A DNA stretch of 64,000 nucleotides, taken from positions 8,928,001 to 8,992,000 of the forward strand of contig CM035351.1 in NCBI GenBank assembly GCA_020137815.1, read 5' to 3'. This DNA is from Hormiphora californensis. Its lineage: Eukaryota; Animalia; Ctenophora. A program made the position numbers and the translations under genes. Of the stretch, positions 48,301 through 62,348 are shown one piece after another; position 1 is the first letter of the stretch; each line of letters starts with the position of its first letter. Under the pieces are notes generated by a model. That model had not been told where the DNA came from, searched no databases, and saw only the letters and a program-made list of their open reading frames with translations.

Positions 48301-51300
48301 CCTAAACTGTTGATCATAACATATCCGACTGTTAAATTTCCTGAAACGAAATTTTTTATAACTCAAATTTTTAGAATTCAACACTGATTTGTACTGACCT
48401 GGTAAAGACGTTCCGTATGTATCAACCATTCTTTGAAAGAGTAGAAAGGCTTGAACACTTTTTGGACCTCGGACCCGGTCCATAAAAACAAGCATAAGAT
48501 CACCTGAGAAGCAGTTGAAAGAAAGAGAACAAAGAAAATTAGTCCAACCTAGGATACATCTAAAATAGGAAGTACAAGGGATGACAAGTAATGGGATGAA
48601 TGTATTGTATACCTTCTTTCACTTGGATGTGATCATCAGGTATTGCTTCTGATGATACATTGAGAAACAGGAGTAGCACCACGAATACCCTCATCCTAAA
48701 ACATGGAACCCTGGGTCTAATATTGCTCAACAGTTTGCTTTTTCAGGAGAATAAAACACAACCTGGTTGTTGCTTTATGAAAAGCAATTTAAGGGAACAG
48801 AACAAGAAACAATCAAATCAAATAACTTGAATTATGGTGGATGCGTTATATAACGATGGTGATTGGGCTATCACATCAAATGATAATTAGCACTGTGCTG
48901 TTAGAATTGTCTATGCTAATAACAACAATCACGGTGCATTTCATATCTAGCATCATGGTGCAATATATAGAAACTAGATATGAGTTTAGTCTAGCTTATT
49001 ATAGATGTGATGCACAAGAGACACTCAGCCTAATAAAATAGGTATTTATCCCTGTTCCTTAGAAAGCTGACAGGCCACGGGGACGAGGACATACCCCTTC
49101 CATATAACGATGTTATATTGCACATGCCACTTCACCAGCTGGTGCAGCACGGGAATCTTGTAGTATCCATGCACCACAAAGTTGCTACTTTTGACAACTA
49201 ACGCTGCACAAAATGCATCATACATCAGACAAAATAAACTGAAAAAGGGAGCAGAGAATATAAAGTAAGCTAAAAACAAAACAAACGGAAGTCCAGAAGT
49301 TCTGTTGAATTTTACACCAAAACATAGGTTGCACCATGTAACCCATTTAGGTAGACTTGTTTTACCTGGACTAATTATTGGAGGGAGACCCCTTTCCTAG
49401 AAAAGACAATAGCTTCTATCTATTACTATAGACTATCACCATTTAGATCGGCTCGAAGAAGTTTATTGACTAGACCATCATATCAAGTACCATAATAATA
49501 GGAGACCCAATGTTAACTGTGCAAAGAACAAAGGCATAAAATTTATTGAGTTTCTTTCTAATCTTCTTCTGTTTTCGAAGTTTAGAGATTTCAGAAAGAG
49601 CGCTCTTTTGAGAAATCTACACACGAGATCAACCAGCTATCGTGTGAATTAGATCGTTGATGTGAGAACTAAGTTCCGACCTGATTCAGAGATGGATCTA
49701 ATTGTTATGAAGCTGGTATTATTGTATGAAGCAAACACATGGCTGTGAGAGATATTTGTGATTCATTAGGTATGGCAAATATGAGATTGGTGAATATTAT
49801 CAAACTATTATTGTATGAAGCGAGAGAAACTGTTATAGTGTGGGCTAGGAAATCGACAACTGACAAGTTACAAAAGTTGAAATTAACTAAAATTGTAGAA
49901 CATATATATGCCTTGGCGCTGTAAGAGATCTAACCCCACACATTTGCCATGAGGCGAGCACTGGGGCGCGGGGATGGAGGGTCGAACAAGGCAATGTCTG
50001 TAAGAGATATTTGTTTTTTCATTATTATGGACCACATGAAATAAAAGAGAAGGCAGTGACTGTGAACTGTGAGATATATGGAAGCAGTGGTAACTGTAGA
50101 GCGAAATTTGAATTACATCAGCCGCCTGGAACTCTATGAATGATTGCGTTGAAAGAGATAAAGTTATAAACTACGGTACCTGTAGGAAGTATGGACGCGG
50201 AGAGAGGGGGAGAGAGGGCGGAGAGAGGGCGGAGAGAGGGCGGAGAGAGGGGAGAGAGGGGAGAGAGAGAGAGAGAGGGGAGAAGAGGGGAGAGAGAGGA
50301 GGGGAGAGAGAGAAGGAGGAGAGAGAGAGAAGGGTTTACTATAACTCAGATTGAGAGCAGCTTCTAAGCTCTCTTATGTCTGATATCTCTATCATCTCTC
50401 GATTCGCACTCTCTCTAGTCTAGAGTAGACGAGTTATATTACGCCTAATAGCAGCTAGTGGCTGTGATTGATGTCATTTCACATGTCGTGAAGTATTAAA
50501 TTAGATATGGACCTGCTCCGAACAACTCCGTACTGACCTTCCCTCCCCTCCTAACAACACCCCTCCTCCTAACACCCCTCCCTTCTAACAAACTCCCTCC
50601 CTTCTCAACCCCCCTCTCTTCTAACACTCCCCCCTGCACTAACTCCGTTCTTCTCCTAAATCCAATTCCCTCCCTTAACTTCCTGCTCTCCCTTCTTCAA
50701 CTCCCATTCAACAATCCTCCCTTAAACAACTCCACTTCTCTTCAGCTCAAACATCCTCCCTTCTAAAACATACTAACTCCATTCTACAACTCCCTCCCTT
50801 CTAACAACTCCCTCCCTTCTAACAACTCCCTCCCTTCTAACAACTCCCTCCCTACTAACAACTCCCTCCCTTCTAACAACTCCCTCCATTCTAACAACTC
50901 CCTCCCTTCTAACAACTCCCTCCCTTCTAACAACTCCCTCCCTACTAACAACTCCCTCCCTTCTAACAACTCCCTCCCTTCTAACAACTCCCTCCCTACT
51001 AACAACTCCCTCCCTTCTAACAACTCCCTCCCTTCTAACAACTCCCTCCCTTCTAACAACTCCCTCTCTTCTAACAACTCCCTCCCTTCTAACAACTCCC
51101 TCCCTTCCTTCTAACAACTCCCTCCCTTCTAACAACTCCCTCCCTTCTAACAACTCCCTCCCTACTAACAACTCCCTCCCTTCTAACAACTCCCTCCCTT
51201 CTAACAACTCCCTCCCTTCTAACAACTCCCTCCCTTCTAACAACTCCCTCCCTACTAACAACTCCCTCCCTTCTAACAACTCCCTCCCTTCTAACAACTC

Positions 51301-54003
51301 CCTCCCTTCTAACAACTCCTCCCTCTAACAACTCCCTCACTTCTAACAACTCCCTCCCTACTAACAACTCCCTCCCTCCCTTCTAACAACTCCCTCCCTT
51401 CTAACAACTCCCTCCCTTCTAACAACTCCCTCCCTTCTAACAACTCCCTCCCTTCTAACAACTCCCTTCCTTCTAACAACTCCCTCCCTTCTAACAACTC
51501 CCTCACTTCTAACAACTCCCTCCCTTCTAACAACTCCCTCCCTCCCACAGGTATTTGAATCGCCCCCTCTGTTTCGAAGTGTCCACTGTACCGCGATGCA
51601 TTATTTCAAGTGGTTCTACCTGAAGAGATCGGCAATGGAGTTTTACCCACAAAATGTAATGCTTCTCTGCGTCTACTTTGCTTGTAAAGTCGAGGAATTC
51701 AACATAGGTAAATTCAAATTAAACTAAACTGTATTTCGTAGCCAGGGCTCAGGACTACTCGACTAGCCCTGGAGTCTAAAAGGCATAATCATAATTTTAT
51801 AATCCAGTAACTCACCCTCGTGAGGCTAGACTAGGACAATTCTTCTGAATCTGAGAAGAGGAAACAACAAAATTCAAATTCATAAGCATCATTTAAAGAA
51901 GGAAATATATATGAAGAATTAGTGAAGGTTGGTATGCACGTGCATATAAAGATAGAGATAGAAAGATAGAAATATAGAGACTAGAGAGATAGAAAGATGG
52001 AGAAATATAAAGATAGAGAGATAAAAAGAGAAGAATATGTTGCAACATGTTGACAGAAAGTACTCCAACATATTACGAACTGAAGGATACTTGTAACTAA
52101 TGCTGTTAAAACTTTGATATGTATCTAAGATAGTGCATCATAACGATCAAATGAGCAAAAAACCACAATATCATGATGATATATTGTATTGATCTTACCC
52201 TCAGAGAAATAATATCCGGTTCGAGCTACACATATAATACTTGCATTGTTCTTACAAAAGGCCGGATGTGAGAGTCTAAACCAGAAGTAACAACATCCAT
52301 ACGGCATACTGTATGGTGAATATCTCAACAATCCAAAGAGAGAAAGGGGGGGGGAAGTGATAGAGGGGGAGAGAGAGAGAGCTGCATAAAGGCCAATGCT
52401 CTGACCACAGTTCTCGCGCGCTCCGAGAAACGAGAATGGGTCAGGCCAATGCTCTGACAGTCGAGGCTGGTCTTTAGGGTATCTTTCACACACTATTATA
52501 CAGGCATCTTGCTAGCATACTGTGCAGTTATATTTAGTGAGAAGATGGGAAGCTGTATTTTTGAGAGAGAGTAGCATCAATTATCCGTCCAATCAACATA
52601 TTCCCTGCCATCTTATCTCTGAGAATAACTCTAATATATTTACCCTCCGAGAACAACCACTCTCAGCCTCAGCTTCTACAGTATCTAGTAGATACTGTAG
52701 AAGCGCGATTGCCTGGTGTGATAGATACTATCTACTGTCCCACGTGTTAGAACCTACGAATCACACCAGGCAATCGCGCCACCAATCCACCAATCACAAC
52801 GACACAACCCGTTTCCGTTTTTCAGTGTGCCATTTCCCCAACACATACTAACTAAAACAAAACTATTCCCCCTCCCCCAGGTATAACACAGTTTGTACGA
52901 ATGTTAGATGAGGCCCTGCAACACAGTGCCAGCACATTCATTCTCGGTAATGAGTTCCTGTTAATGGAGGCCCTGGACTACTCTCTCACCGTCTACAACT
53001 CTCTCCGGCCCCTGGATGGCTTCCTCATAGAACTCGGGGGCCAGATAGGGGAAGAAGCAGCGGGGAAACTCAAGAAAAACGCCCAGTCCTTCTTGAATGA
53101 TGCGATATTAACTGATGCAACCCTTCTACACCCTCCCTCCCAGATAGCCCTGGCAGCACTAGTTTACAGGTAATGGTGTTGAATTGAGTGATATTGGGTG
53201 GTATTGGGTGGTATTTGGTGGTATTGGGTGATATTGGGTGGTATTGGGTGGTATTGGGTGATATTGGGTGTTGTTTGGTGGTATTGGGTGATATTGGGTG
53301 ATATTGGGTGATATTGGGTGATATTGGGTGGTATTTGGTGGTATTGGGTGATATTGGGTGTTGTTGGGTGGTATTGAGTGATATTGGGTGATATTGGCTG
53401 AATTTTGTTCAAATATGTCTTCGAATGCTAGAAAGATCCTAACCCCGCTAATCCACAGTGCGGAGTCCAATAAAGTGAATATCAGCTCCTACCTAACAAA
53501 CCTAGCCCCTGATAAAACTATACACAGCAAACTCCTCAAATCCATTTCCTCCATACGACAACACCTCCAGCTAAACTACAAGTTCCAAATAACCAGCTCA
53601 AAGTTGAAGGTGATTACAGAAAGCATCAACGTTTTGACACTCTTGGCGAGTTTTTTAAACTGCTCCTACAATTTCACTTCTTTCTTACTGTCAACACTTT
53701 TCAGTCTTCCTTTCCTTCTCCTTTTTGTACTATTCTTACATGTTACAAGTGTCAACTAATAATGACTCTCCCTTCTCTCTCACTTCTATTTTACTTCTAC
53801 CTTACTTGACTGCCGATACACTGTTGACACACATACTATCTCTCTCTCTCTTGCTCTCTCTCAGGAACTGGAGGGAAAGTGTGCAGCGATATCACGTTGT
53901 CTATCTGGGGAAACAGAATATGAATCATCTGGGGACGAAGATGCCGGAGCAGAGAGTGGGGGAGGTATTATAGGACGGGTATCAAAGAGGAGAAAAACTG
54001 TAG
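42342..54003 (+). CDS. CCNH: Cyclin H (CAK/TFIIH subunit), 5 exons: 42342-42527, 51551-51707, 52881-53169, 53459-53609, 53865-54003
   Basis: MFHCSKQRSMMF...MTPEEE; TAMHYFKWFYLKRSAMEFYPQNVMLLCVYFACKVEEFN; EFLLMEALDYSLTVYNSLRPLDGFLIE; LTDATLLHPPSQIALAA. All junctions are GT-AG and in frame. Confidence 0.93.
42707..48694 (-). CDS. Class C GPCR (metabotropic glutamate receptor-like: signal peptide, Venus flytrap, Cys-rich domain, 7TM), nested in CCNH intron 1
   Basis: MRVFVVLLLFLNVSSEA signal peptide; CSKDCTPGQHRVGETNCWECYEC...C..C (Cys-rich domain); TPAVKASGRDL; TRKIPNNYKES; stop at 42707-42709. Confidence 0.88.
43768..44306. mobile_element. TTAA-TSD MITE with purine (AG) termini and long TIRs (Kolobok-like)
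   Basis: TTAA|AGTGAGAGAGAACAGCAGGG...CCCTGCTGTTCTCTCTCACT|TTAA. Confidence 0.85.
44613..45635. mobile_element. About 1-kb foldback element with TTAA TSD and GG termini (Kolobok-like)
   Basis: TTAA|GGCCAGAGGGG...CCCCTCTGGCC|TTAA, with arms complementary up to a centre at about 45125. Confidence 0.85.
50786..51541. repeat. 18-bp minisatellite (CTAACAACTCCCTCCCTT)n abutting the CCNH exon 2 acceptor; degraded copies from about 50520
   Basis: Directly visible. It produces the spurious LEGREL and REGVVR ORFs. Confidence 0.97.
53188..53398. repeat. 10-bp minisatellite (RTATTGGGTG)n in CCNH intron 3
   Basis: Directly visible. Confidence 0.95.
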
Positions 54004-54399
54004 AAATGGAGGTGTCATGAAATTAGATAAGCTGCTAACTGAAATTGTGTGATATTTTTCTAACATTTTTAAATGCTGAAAACGATGCTGTTTTACGATT
54101 AATAATTGTCGATTAGTACAACTATTGGTCTCGGCCATCCCACTACACGGATAGCTCGCAACTGATCGTTTGCTCAACACATGGTTGATCGATATTCTGA
54201 TAGGAGAAGAGAACAAACACAGTGGTCACTTGATGTTCAAGAATAGGCCGGTACGATATAATTCTCTAACTGGCTCCACTCCACCCTCTAACATACAGAT
54301 CTCTCCATTATTTTACATCTTTCTTACCCATGTTGGTTCGAAACAGCTAATGTCGTTGTCTTCTAGACAGCAGCAGTTGATATCCCCCCTCTCAAAACC

Positions 54400-56570
54400 G
54401 GGGGACAGCCCCCCAAATTTTTAAAAATTTTCTCCCCCTTTCTTCTTTTCTCCTCCCTCTCCCTCTTTTCTCCTCTCTCTTCTCTCCCCTTCTATCTCCC
54501 CTCTTTCCCCTAATGGGGGGAGGGGTAGGGCTTTAAAGAAAACGCGGGGGGGGTCATTGTTAAGGCCCTTTTTTCGGCTAAAATGCCATTTTCATACCCC
54601 TAAACAAGGAGTTAAAAAAAACGGTCCCCAAAACATCCCAAACACCACACACCACCCCCAGACCACCAAAATTTTAAAAAAAACAAAAAAAGGGGCCCCT
54701 ACAAAAACGACGGGGGGTTTACCTTACCACTGAAATACGGTTTACCCCTTTTAAACTTGGTCCCAAAACGTTTAAAATAAAAAAATTCCCCAAAACCATT
54801 AACCCCCATGGCCCAAACCCCTTTTTACTATCCCAATCCAAAAAGAGGAAATACTAAAATTGTCTTTGTTCTATGTTTGGGAACGGGTATAAAGGGACTT
54901 GTTCGAACGCGAGTTGGTCATTTTAAAAATTGGACGTGGCCGTTATCCTTTTATTAAGCCGAGTGGGGTTGCCCAAAGTGGATTCCCCCAAATTACACAT
55001 TTGCCACATAGAGACCCCGATGACTTGACTCAATCTTAAATCCCAAATTTTAAACAAGACCAACAATACTGTCTAGGGGTTTTGAAAAGATGGGAAGGTT
55101 TTTACAGCCTTTCCTTACCCGTTGATTTTGTGGGGTTTGATTTTAGGCTGGCCCCCTAGGCTAAAATTCCTGTTCCGAAAAACCCATTACCGATAAGCTC
55201 CCTTCTTTAAGGGATTATACCCTAAGGGGTAACCAGTAAACCAAATCAATGCTCCCCGACAATCCTATCAGGCTTTAGTTCCTTACCTCCGCTAATATTT
55301 ACACTGATACCAGCTCACACCGTTCTCCCGGGTTCCCTCCTATTTACCTCCTCAAACCCCATAGCCCGCCGCTTGCCATGGTTCTAACTTCTAAAAAATT
55401 TTTGGGTGACCATTTCATGAGTCCTCACCAGTTGTCCAAATTTCTCTTTTTGGGTGGGGGATTTGGAGTTCCTGTTGATAATGGGATCATTTGAGAAGTA
55501 CCCGGAACGGAACACGTGTTCCGGGTTTAAAAAATTAGTTTTCAGATATGTTTGCCCCCGGGGCTCCTTCTGTACAGGGGTTGGGGGGACCCCCGATGGT
55601 GATATGACAAAAAACCCCTATCCAAAAAAATTCACCGTGGGCCAAATTGAAGCTCCCCAAAAAATTTAATTCCAAGGGGACCGGAAGGAGTTTTAAAAGG
55701 TCAACAAAATCTTGAAAAAACCCTGGGCCCCCGCCAAAACCCCAAACCATCGTCAAAGAATTTTTTTCCGAATTGCCCGTGGGGTATCGCCCTTGGTAGC
55801 TTGAAAAAAGCAGGAAGTCAACGTTATGCTGCCACTGGGCCGGGGGTAACATTTCCCCCTCGGGATCCCCAAAACCTTTGAGACCCCCTTCCCCGATGTG
55901 CAAAAGATTCCTTCGGGGTCAGAGGGTTGGATTTCGTACAGTAGTTTCTAATAGAGGGGGGCCAGTTCCAAAAACGCGTCCAAACTTTCCCGGGCCGGTT
56001 CGGTTTCTGGGGGGCAAGGGGTATCCCTTAATGAATAGCCTTCCCTGGAAGAGTTATTCAAACTCCTAAGCTTTTGAGAAAGGGCGTCCGAATCTAACGA
56101 ATCCCCGCCACAGTAAGCCTACAATTTCCGTAAAAGGGGGAGCCAAACCCTTTTCTAATCGTAAAAAAAAGGCCCCCCTTGTACCCTGTACCCAACATGG
56201 TCGGCGGCGCACCTTAGCCTCGATGTCCTCCTTACTCAACTTGTGAATTTTGAAGAGCGGGTAGACATAAGGGGTCATCGCTCTGAATACCGGGGAGGTT
56301 ACCATATTGTCCTGGTGGTTGAGGCCAGTGATGAGTTTTTTGTCGAGGTTCTCCAACCTTCCTGCAGCGTTCTCTGCTCTTACAGTATCCTTGATTAGGG
56401 CCGTTGTCCTAGCCATATGGACCTCGACTGGTACCTCTAGCATCTGAAATACACTTTCATCCCTCAAGGCGGCTTCAACGGTTCCCAAAACTACGTCATA
56501 GTCGAGAATAAGGGTTGCTCCTCCCTTATCCGCCTTCGTTATGAACAGAACTTCTTCTTTCAATTTCTTC
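54400..56570 (-). mobile_element. 5'-truncated Penelope-like retroelement (RT plus probable C-terminal GIY-YIG endonuclease), heavily garbled below about 56200
   Basis: ITKADKGGATLILD and PYVYPLFKIHK are PLE N-terminal RT motifs. KKFFDDGLG at about 55760 resembles the RT catalytic motif. GQ..TRLNKR..GH-like text at about 54935-54980 resembles GIY-YIG. Confidence 0.8.
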
Positions 56571-56618
56571 TTCAGAACTTCTTCAGAACTTCTTCTTTCA
56601 ATTTCTTCAGCAATTTCT

Positions 56619-56797
<179 letters not shown>

Positions 56798-57801
56798 GAC
56801 CTAAGCAACATCCATACAGTAATTAGAAGATGGATTCACAAAATAAACAACGATATAATGGCACAAAATTTGGTGACGCGGCCACCCCTACACTAGCCGC
56901 GCACAGCACGGCTAAACGAAGCCCGCGAATAGGGGATGGCATCACCAAGCACAAAATCAATATAAATCGACAAAGCTTTCTTTGGTACTGAATCACGCAG
57001 TGTTTCTTCAGGAAAGAAGATGGAGAAAAGGAATTCTCGGAAATGTAGAGCTAAATAACGAGATGGTGTAGGTAGAGAAATTATACGGATATTTAGAATA
57101 ATTAACAAAATGCTTAACACTTACATGATTACATACCGACGACAGTGATCATTGGGAGAAAAGAGAGTGTAATAGCAGGACACTGCAAGGCTGGTATTTA
57201 AAAACCGCATATGATTGTTCCTGTAAGTGTCTTATAAGAGTTCCACACACGCGACTAAAGATATGCAGAGCGACTTTTTAAAACAGTTCGATTTAAAGTT
57301 TAAAACACTTGTAATATGAAATAAAAAAAAAATTAAAATAAAACAATGTGGTTGTTCGAAGCGGTTGTATTGTGTCTAATATGATAAACGATACTTAGCA
57401 ACTAGTCTCACTTTGAGTATTAGGCTATAAGCTCATCTAAATATGGTTCGCTATACAATTGGATAGCCATCACAAGCAGAGGTAGTCGAGTCACAATAAA
57501 CTGACACCTGACATGCGGCATAAATATTAATCGATCATCAGGCTTATCGTCTATCGATATGAATAAACAATACACTGTGCTCAACCAGTAGCCTGACTAT
57601 TGCAGCAATATTTCCCACGTCGACGTCAGTGTCACAGGGCCGGTGTCTTAGTCAGTACTCCGTATCAGTGTCACATCTTCGTCAGAGTTCCAATTTGACA
57701 ATCATGGTACGCGCGAGGTCTCAGTTGTTAAGATCTCGGCGCAACTCCCGCGCGGATAAGCAGGGAGCGCTGACAAGGGGCAATGGAAAACCTGTCTGGA
57801 A

Positions 57802-57902
57802 ACAAAATCGAGAAAGGGGGGAGCTTAGCGCCATAGTTACCCATACCCGGGTGGTATGAGGTTTGCTCAGCGTGTGGCTAAGTGACCCAAAAAAAAAAAA
57901 AA
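57802..57902 (+). mobile_element. About 100-bp poly(A)-tailed retroposon 3' end with a 15-bp TSD
   Basis: AAAACCTGTCTGGAA at 57787-57801 and 57903-57917; A-run from 57889; internal hairpin CATACC-cgggt-GGTATG. Confidence 0.8.
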
Positions 57903-58437
57903 AAAACCTGTCTGGAAGCTCCAACCCAATGCGTTACTCAACAAATCTGAACGCTACGATAATAGACCATATTCCTCCTTTTTTCTCCGCTTGTAAAACT
58001 AAAACAAATGACATGAGTGATGTTCAAATTAAAGAGTCATACACGAAGTAGTACATTTCATCATTTGGGTGTATTCTAGAGTCAAGTAGTGCAGTGGGGG
58101 CAGTAAATTTGTACCAACCGATCCACATATCAAGGGGGGTAAAACACAATTACTAAAATCACAACTTCATCTTGGAGATGTCACCGTATGGTTAGATAAA
58201 TCAAAATAATACCAAGCTAAGAGAGATAGTATCTCTCACATTGTATTCACAACAGTAAGTGTTAATGAGGTATAGGAATACAAAAAATGATATGTTCTCT
58301 CTCTCTTCTTTGAGTTTTCTCCTCACGCGTACTTGTTAATATAAAAATCAAGAAATGCTTTCAAATGTCTCAATTCGTCTCAAATTCATTAAACACACAC
58401 ACACAGGTATATAACAGTATAACATATCAGTTCCACA

Positions 58438-59992
58438 CTAGTCGGATCCCACTTGACTAGCATCAATACCGTTCTTCTGCAGTTCAGCAATCTAGAAAGA
58501 GGGGGGGGGGGTGTTAAAATAAAGTTGAAAATATGTGTGTTAGAACGAGCAGGATATAACTGGTTAATGTAGCAGTTAAAGAGAGGGGTTTTAGGGGGTT
58601 AGCAGAGTGGGAGCAGAATTTAGGGTCGGATACACCTGGGAACCTGCTAGCTAGTAGTCGGAGTTAGTATTGGCAGTCCCTGAATCCTTGACTAGCAAGC
58701 AAAAAGCTAGCATAGAACTGTTTTAGTATTTTGACATCCCCGCTGCGTTCAAGGACCCCTCTATTGTGAAGAGTCCAGGGCGAGATAACTTCAGCAAGTT
58801 TGAACCAGCATTTTGTTTTTTGAACTGTAGCAACCGCGTGTTTAGCACTGTCTTACCATGCGCTTAACATGCCCAAGTTTTTTAACCTGTGGCGCTACGC
58901 CCCCAACGGGTGACCTGGGTGTGGTAGGCGGCAATGGCGCCACCCTGGGCCGGGTCAACAACCGCATCTTCTAACGAGTTTAGGTGGTCAGACTCCCAGA
59001 GTGAGAGAGATGGTGGATAGAGAGAGGGAGAAAGATATAATAGAGGTTATATATTGTGGGGTGGTATGTGTGTGCAACTCAATTACCTCTTCTTGGCATG
59101 ATTTCAATTTGCCCTTAAGCTCCTCATTCTCTTTCTGGAGTTCCTCAACCTCCCCGCACTTCTCTTTCAGGGAACCCTTCACATTCCCAACCTCGGTTTT
59201 TAGGGCAGCTAATTCCTTCTTCAGTGCGGCGATCTCGGCACCAGCCTCTCCATTCACCTGAGTAGAAAGTATGAAATTACAGATCCAATTACACGGTAGT
59301 AGATAGGGCAATGATAGCAGGGGAAGGAACGGGGATAGTAGAGGAGACTTTCAGTTTCGAGGAAGGAAGAGTTTTTGAGCCGCGCAAGTTACAAGCTAGC
59401 GCGCACTAGCAAGATGCTGTGGCATAGCGCGTTCCAAACAGTGAATCGAGAAAACAAGAAGAATGATCTGCAGCACACTGTGAATTAGCTCGGGAGCAAT
59501 GAGAGAGTGGGGGAGAGAATGATTCAGCCATTAGCACAGATACACACTCTGTTCTGACCTGGGCAGGCGCTCCGGGTGATCCTTCCTACAAACATGGCGT
59601 GTTTGAGATATACAAACACACGTGAAATGTTAATTGACAGTACGTGCTGCACTTTTCCAGCAACTCTTATTAGAATAATTCTCAACTCAACTCTCTCTTT
59701 TTACATACTTTCTCTTTCAAAGTGACAGGGAGAGAGAGAGAGAGAAAAAGATAGTTACATAGTACATACGCCCTATCTTGCTGTATCTTTCTCACTTCAC
59801 ACGTCTACACGTATATTAGTCGGATTAAAGAAGACAGCTGAGAGAGAGAGTTAGGAAAGAGATATCGTGGAATGAGCTAGATACTGTCTAAGATAAATCT
59901 TGCTACTCTTCTGCTGAGACATTAATAATGTTTCCCAGTTCTACTTTCACTTCTCTCCCACTCTCTTTCCACTCTTTCTCTCCTCTCCTCTC

Positions 59993-60035
<43 letters not shown>

Positions 60036-60141
60036 TCTGTCAGTCTCTATACAAGAAACCAGATGCTGCGTTCCTTATCTATATTCCTTCTCCGATTTCC
60101 AGCGAGGAGGGAGGGGCCCCACACACACAGTGCACACGTTA

Positions 60142-60194
<53 letters not shown>

Positions 60195-61474
60195 GCACAC
60201 GTTATCACACATGACACAGTACTCACACACACGTGACACACACATTTCACCTACCGTAGCTTCAGTAGCGGTGAATCCCTTGCTAGTTGCGTTAGCGCTC
60301 TGCAACTCAAGGAATGAAACGAGTTTTGGTTGTGCGTTCTTTCCCTCTGCAAACTCTTGGGCGTTGATGGCGGGCTGGTACCCCGCAGTGTCTGGGTAAA
60401 GGTCATCAGCGAACGCCTTGGACTGGAGGGAGAGAGATGGGTGTTAGGGGTGGTGTGAGGGAGAGAAGGGTGTTAGGGGTGGTGTGTAGAGGATAAAGAA
60501 GGGGAGATATAGAGGGACAAATGACTACTATACTGTATATCTACTACTATAGTACTTTGTAGCTATAAGGAATATAAGAAGAGAGAGAGAGAGAGGCGGC
60601 AAGTGTACCAAAGCAGGTGTTACACAGTAAACCAGGAAAGTTTAATACCCTAGGGAGAATGGACAGGAAGGGAGAGGGGAATAAAGAGAGAGGGAGAGGG
60701 GAATAAAGAGAGAGAAACAATGAGAGCTATCTGAGTCCTTTTTAATACAACATCTGGTGCAATTAACACACACCGACCACACTTGGCCCTCGTCGACAAT
60801 GATCACATTTACTCCACATTTATAGAGACGTCGAGTATTGATCTATATTTATTATGAAGGAGTACATATTCATGTTTATGAAGGAGCATTATATAACTAT
60901 ATCTATGAAGGAGCACATAGCGTGTACGTTGCCATGGTAACCACATAACCACGTTCAGTATTTACCTGGCGGGGCACCTTCAGAGGCACAACATTGACCA
61001 GTTTCTTGGCAACATTGAGTTTGTACGCTCGAGCTATCTCATTAATACCGGAATCCAATCCTCTCTTAGGCATCATTCCTGAGAGAGAGGGAAATATGAG
61101 AGGGAGGCCAGACTTGGGAGGGAGAGAGAGGAATTCAAAGTGTTGGCAAGATGGAGGTCAGGAGAAAATAATAATACGAATATGTTATGTAACTAGTATA
61201 AGGGTTTGTTTCTGTCAGCGTTTTATAAATCTCTACATCCCCATGACCTGTCTAGTCTCCAATACACTGTCTCCCTCACGATGCCTTGTATAGCTGCAGT
61301 ATACGTGAGAGCGTGAACTGGTGTCTAGATGGATCGACTAAGTATTGCTCTCCCTCTTTTTTTAAAGAAATCTTTCTCTCTATCTCCCTATCTCTCTTTT
61401 TCTGCATAGATCTGCCCATTGGAACAAAGACCCTATCAGAAGTGAGAAGTGCAGTGTCTTGGCAAAAGTAGGGA

Positions 61475-61523
<49 letters not shown>

Positions 61524-62313
61524 AATAATATGTAGATAGAGAGACGGGGAATAGAAACAATAGGGTAGAATGAGGTAAGGGAGATGTTAAATATTCCACA
61601 CTCATTCTTTGAAGAGGGATGCCAGATGAATCCAGAGCCAACACATTTTACCTTCCTTTATAGCGAGAAATGACGAAAAATGGGCCAAAAATATAAGTCA
61701 CCAAATATCTAGAACATGATCAAATAAATTGTAATTCTTACCTAATCCTCTCTGGGCGTCCCCACTCATATACTGGTTGAGATAGAAGATGCCACCATTA
61801 TCAAGTTCATAGAATTTGATGTTCGCATCTCCCTGAAAATTAAACAAAGTTTACAGCTGATCATTGTACGAAATTATGTGCAAAATGTGGTCAAATAAGG
61901 GTATATCGTGCTCGCTAGCATTTGGAATTCTTCCTCTCTTTGATCTGTTTAAGAGCAAATCGGTTTTAGGATAATGATCAAGAGTGAGAGGAGACAATTA
62001 GAGAGAGACTGGATAAACAAAGGCTATTTTATCCTTTGTTGAAGAAGTATTACATGGTGGAATTGGTGATGGACACAGAGATAGGGATAGAGATAGAGAG
62101 AGAGAGAGAGAAAGACACACAGAGAGAAAGAGAGAGAGAGAGAGAGAGAGCTAGAGAGAGAGAGAGAGAGAGAAAATAAAAAGACGATAAAACAAGGAAG
62201 ATAGGTGAGGGTTGCGAGGAAGATGTGTGAGTGGAGCACTTCTCACACACGCTCATGTAAGGAAGTCATTGCATATTTTCCCTTGCTCTATGTACTTTTC
62301 TTACTTTTATCTC

Positions 62314-62348
<35 letters not shown>

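Noticed and set aside
50773-51548. LEGREL / REGVVR repeat proteins, and the ER, SL and HT repeat ORFs elsewhere
   Set aside because: These are translations of mini- and microsatellites.
57520-57545. CTGATGA on the minus strand (also at about 820-830, and on + at about 39177) as hammerheads
   Set aside because: No convincing stem II plus GAAA plus stem III geometry follows.
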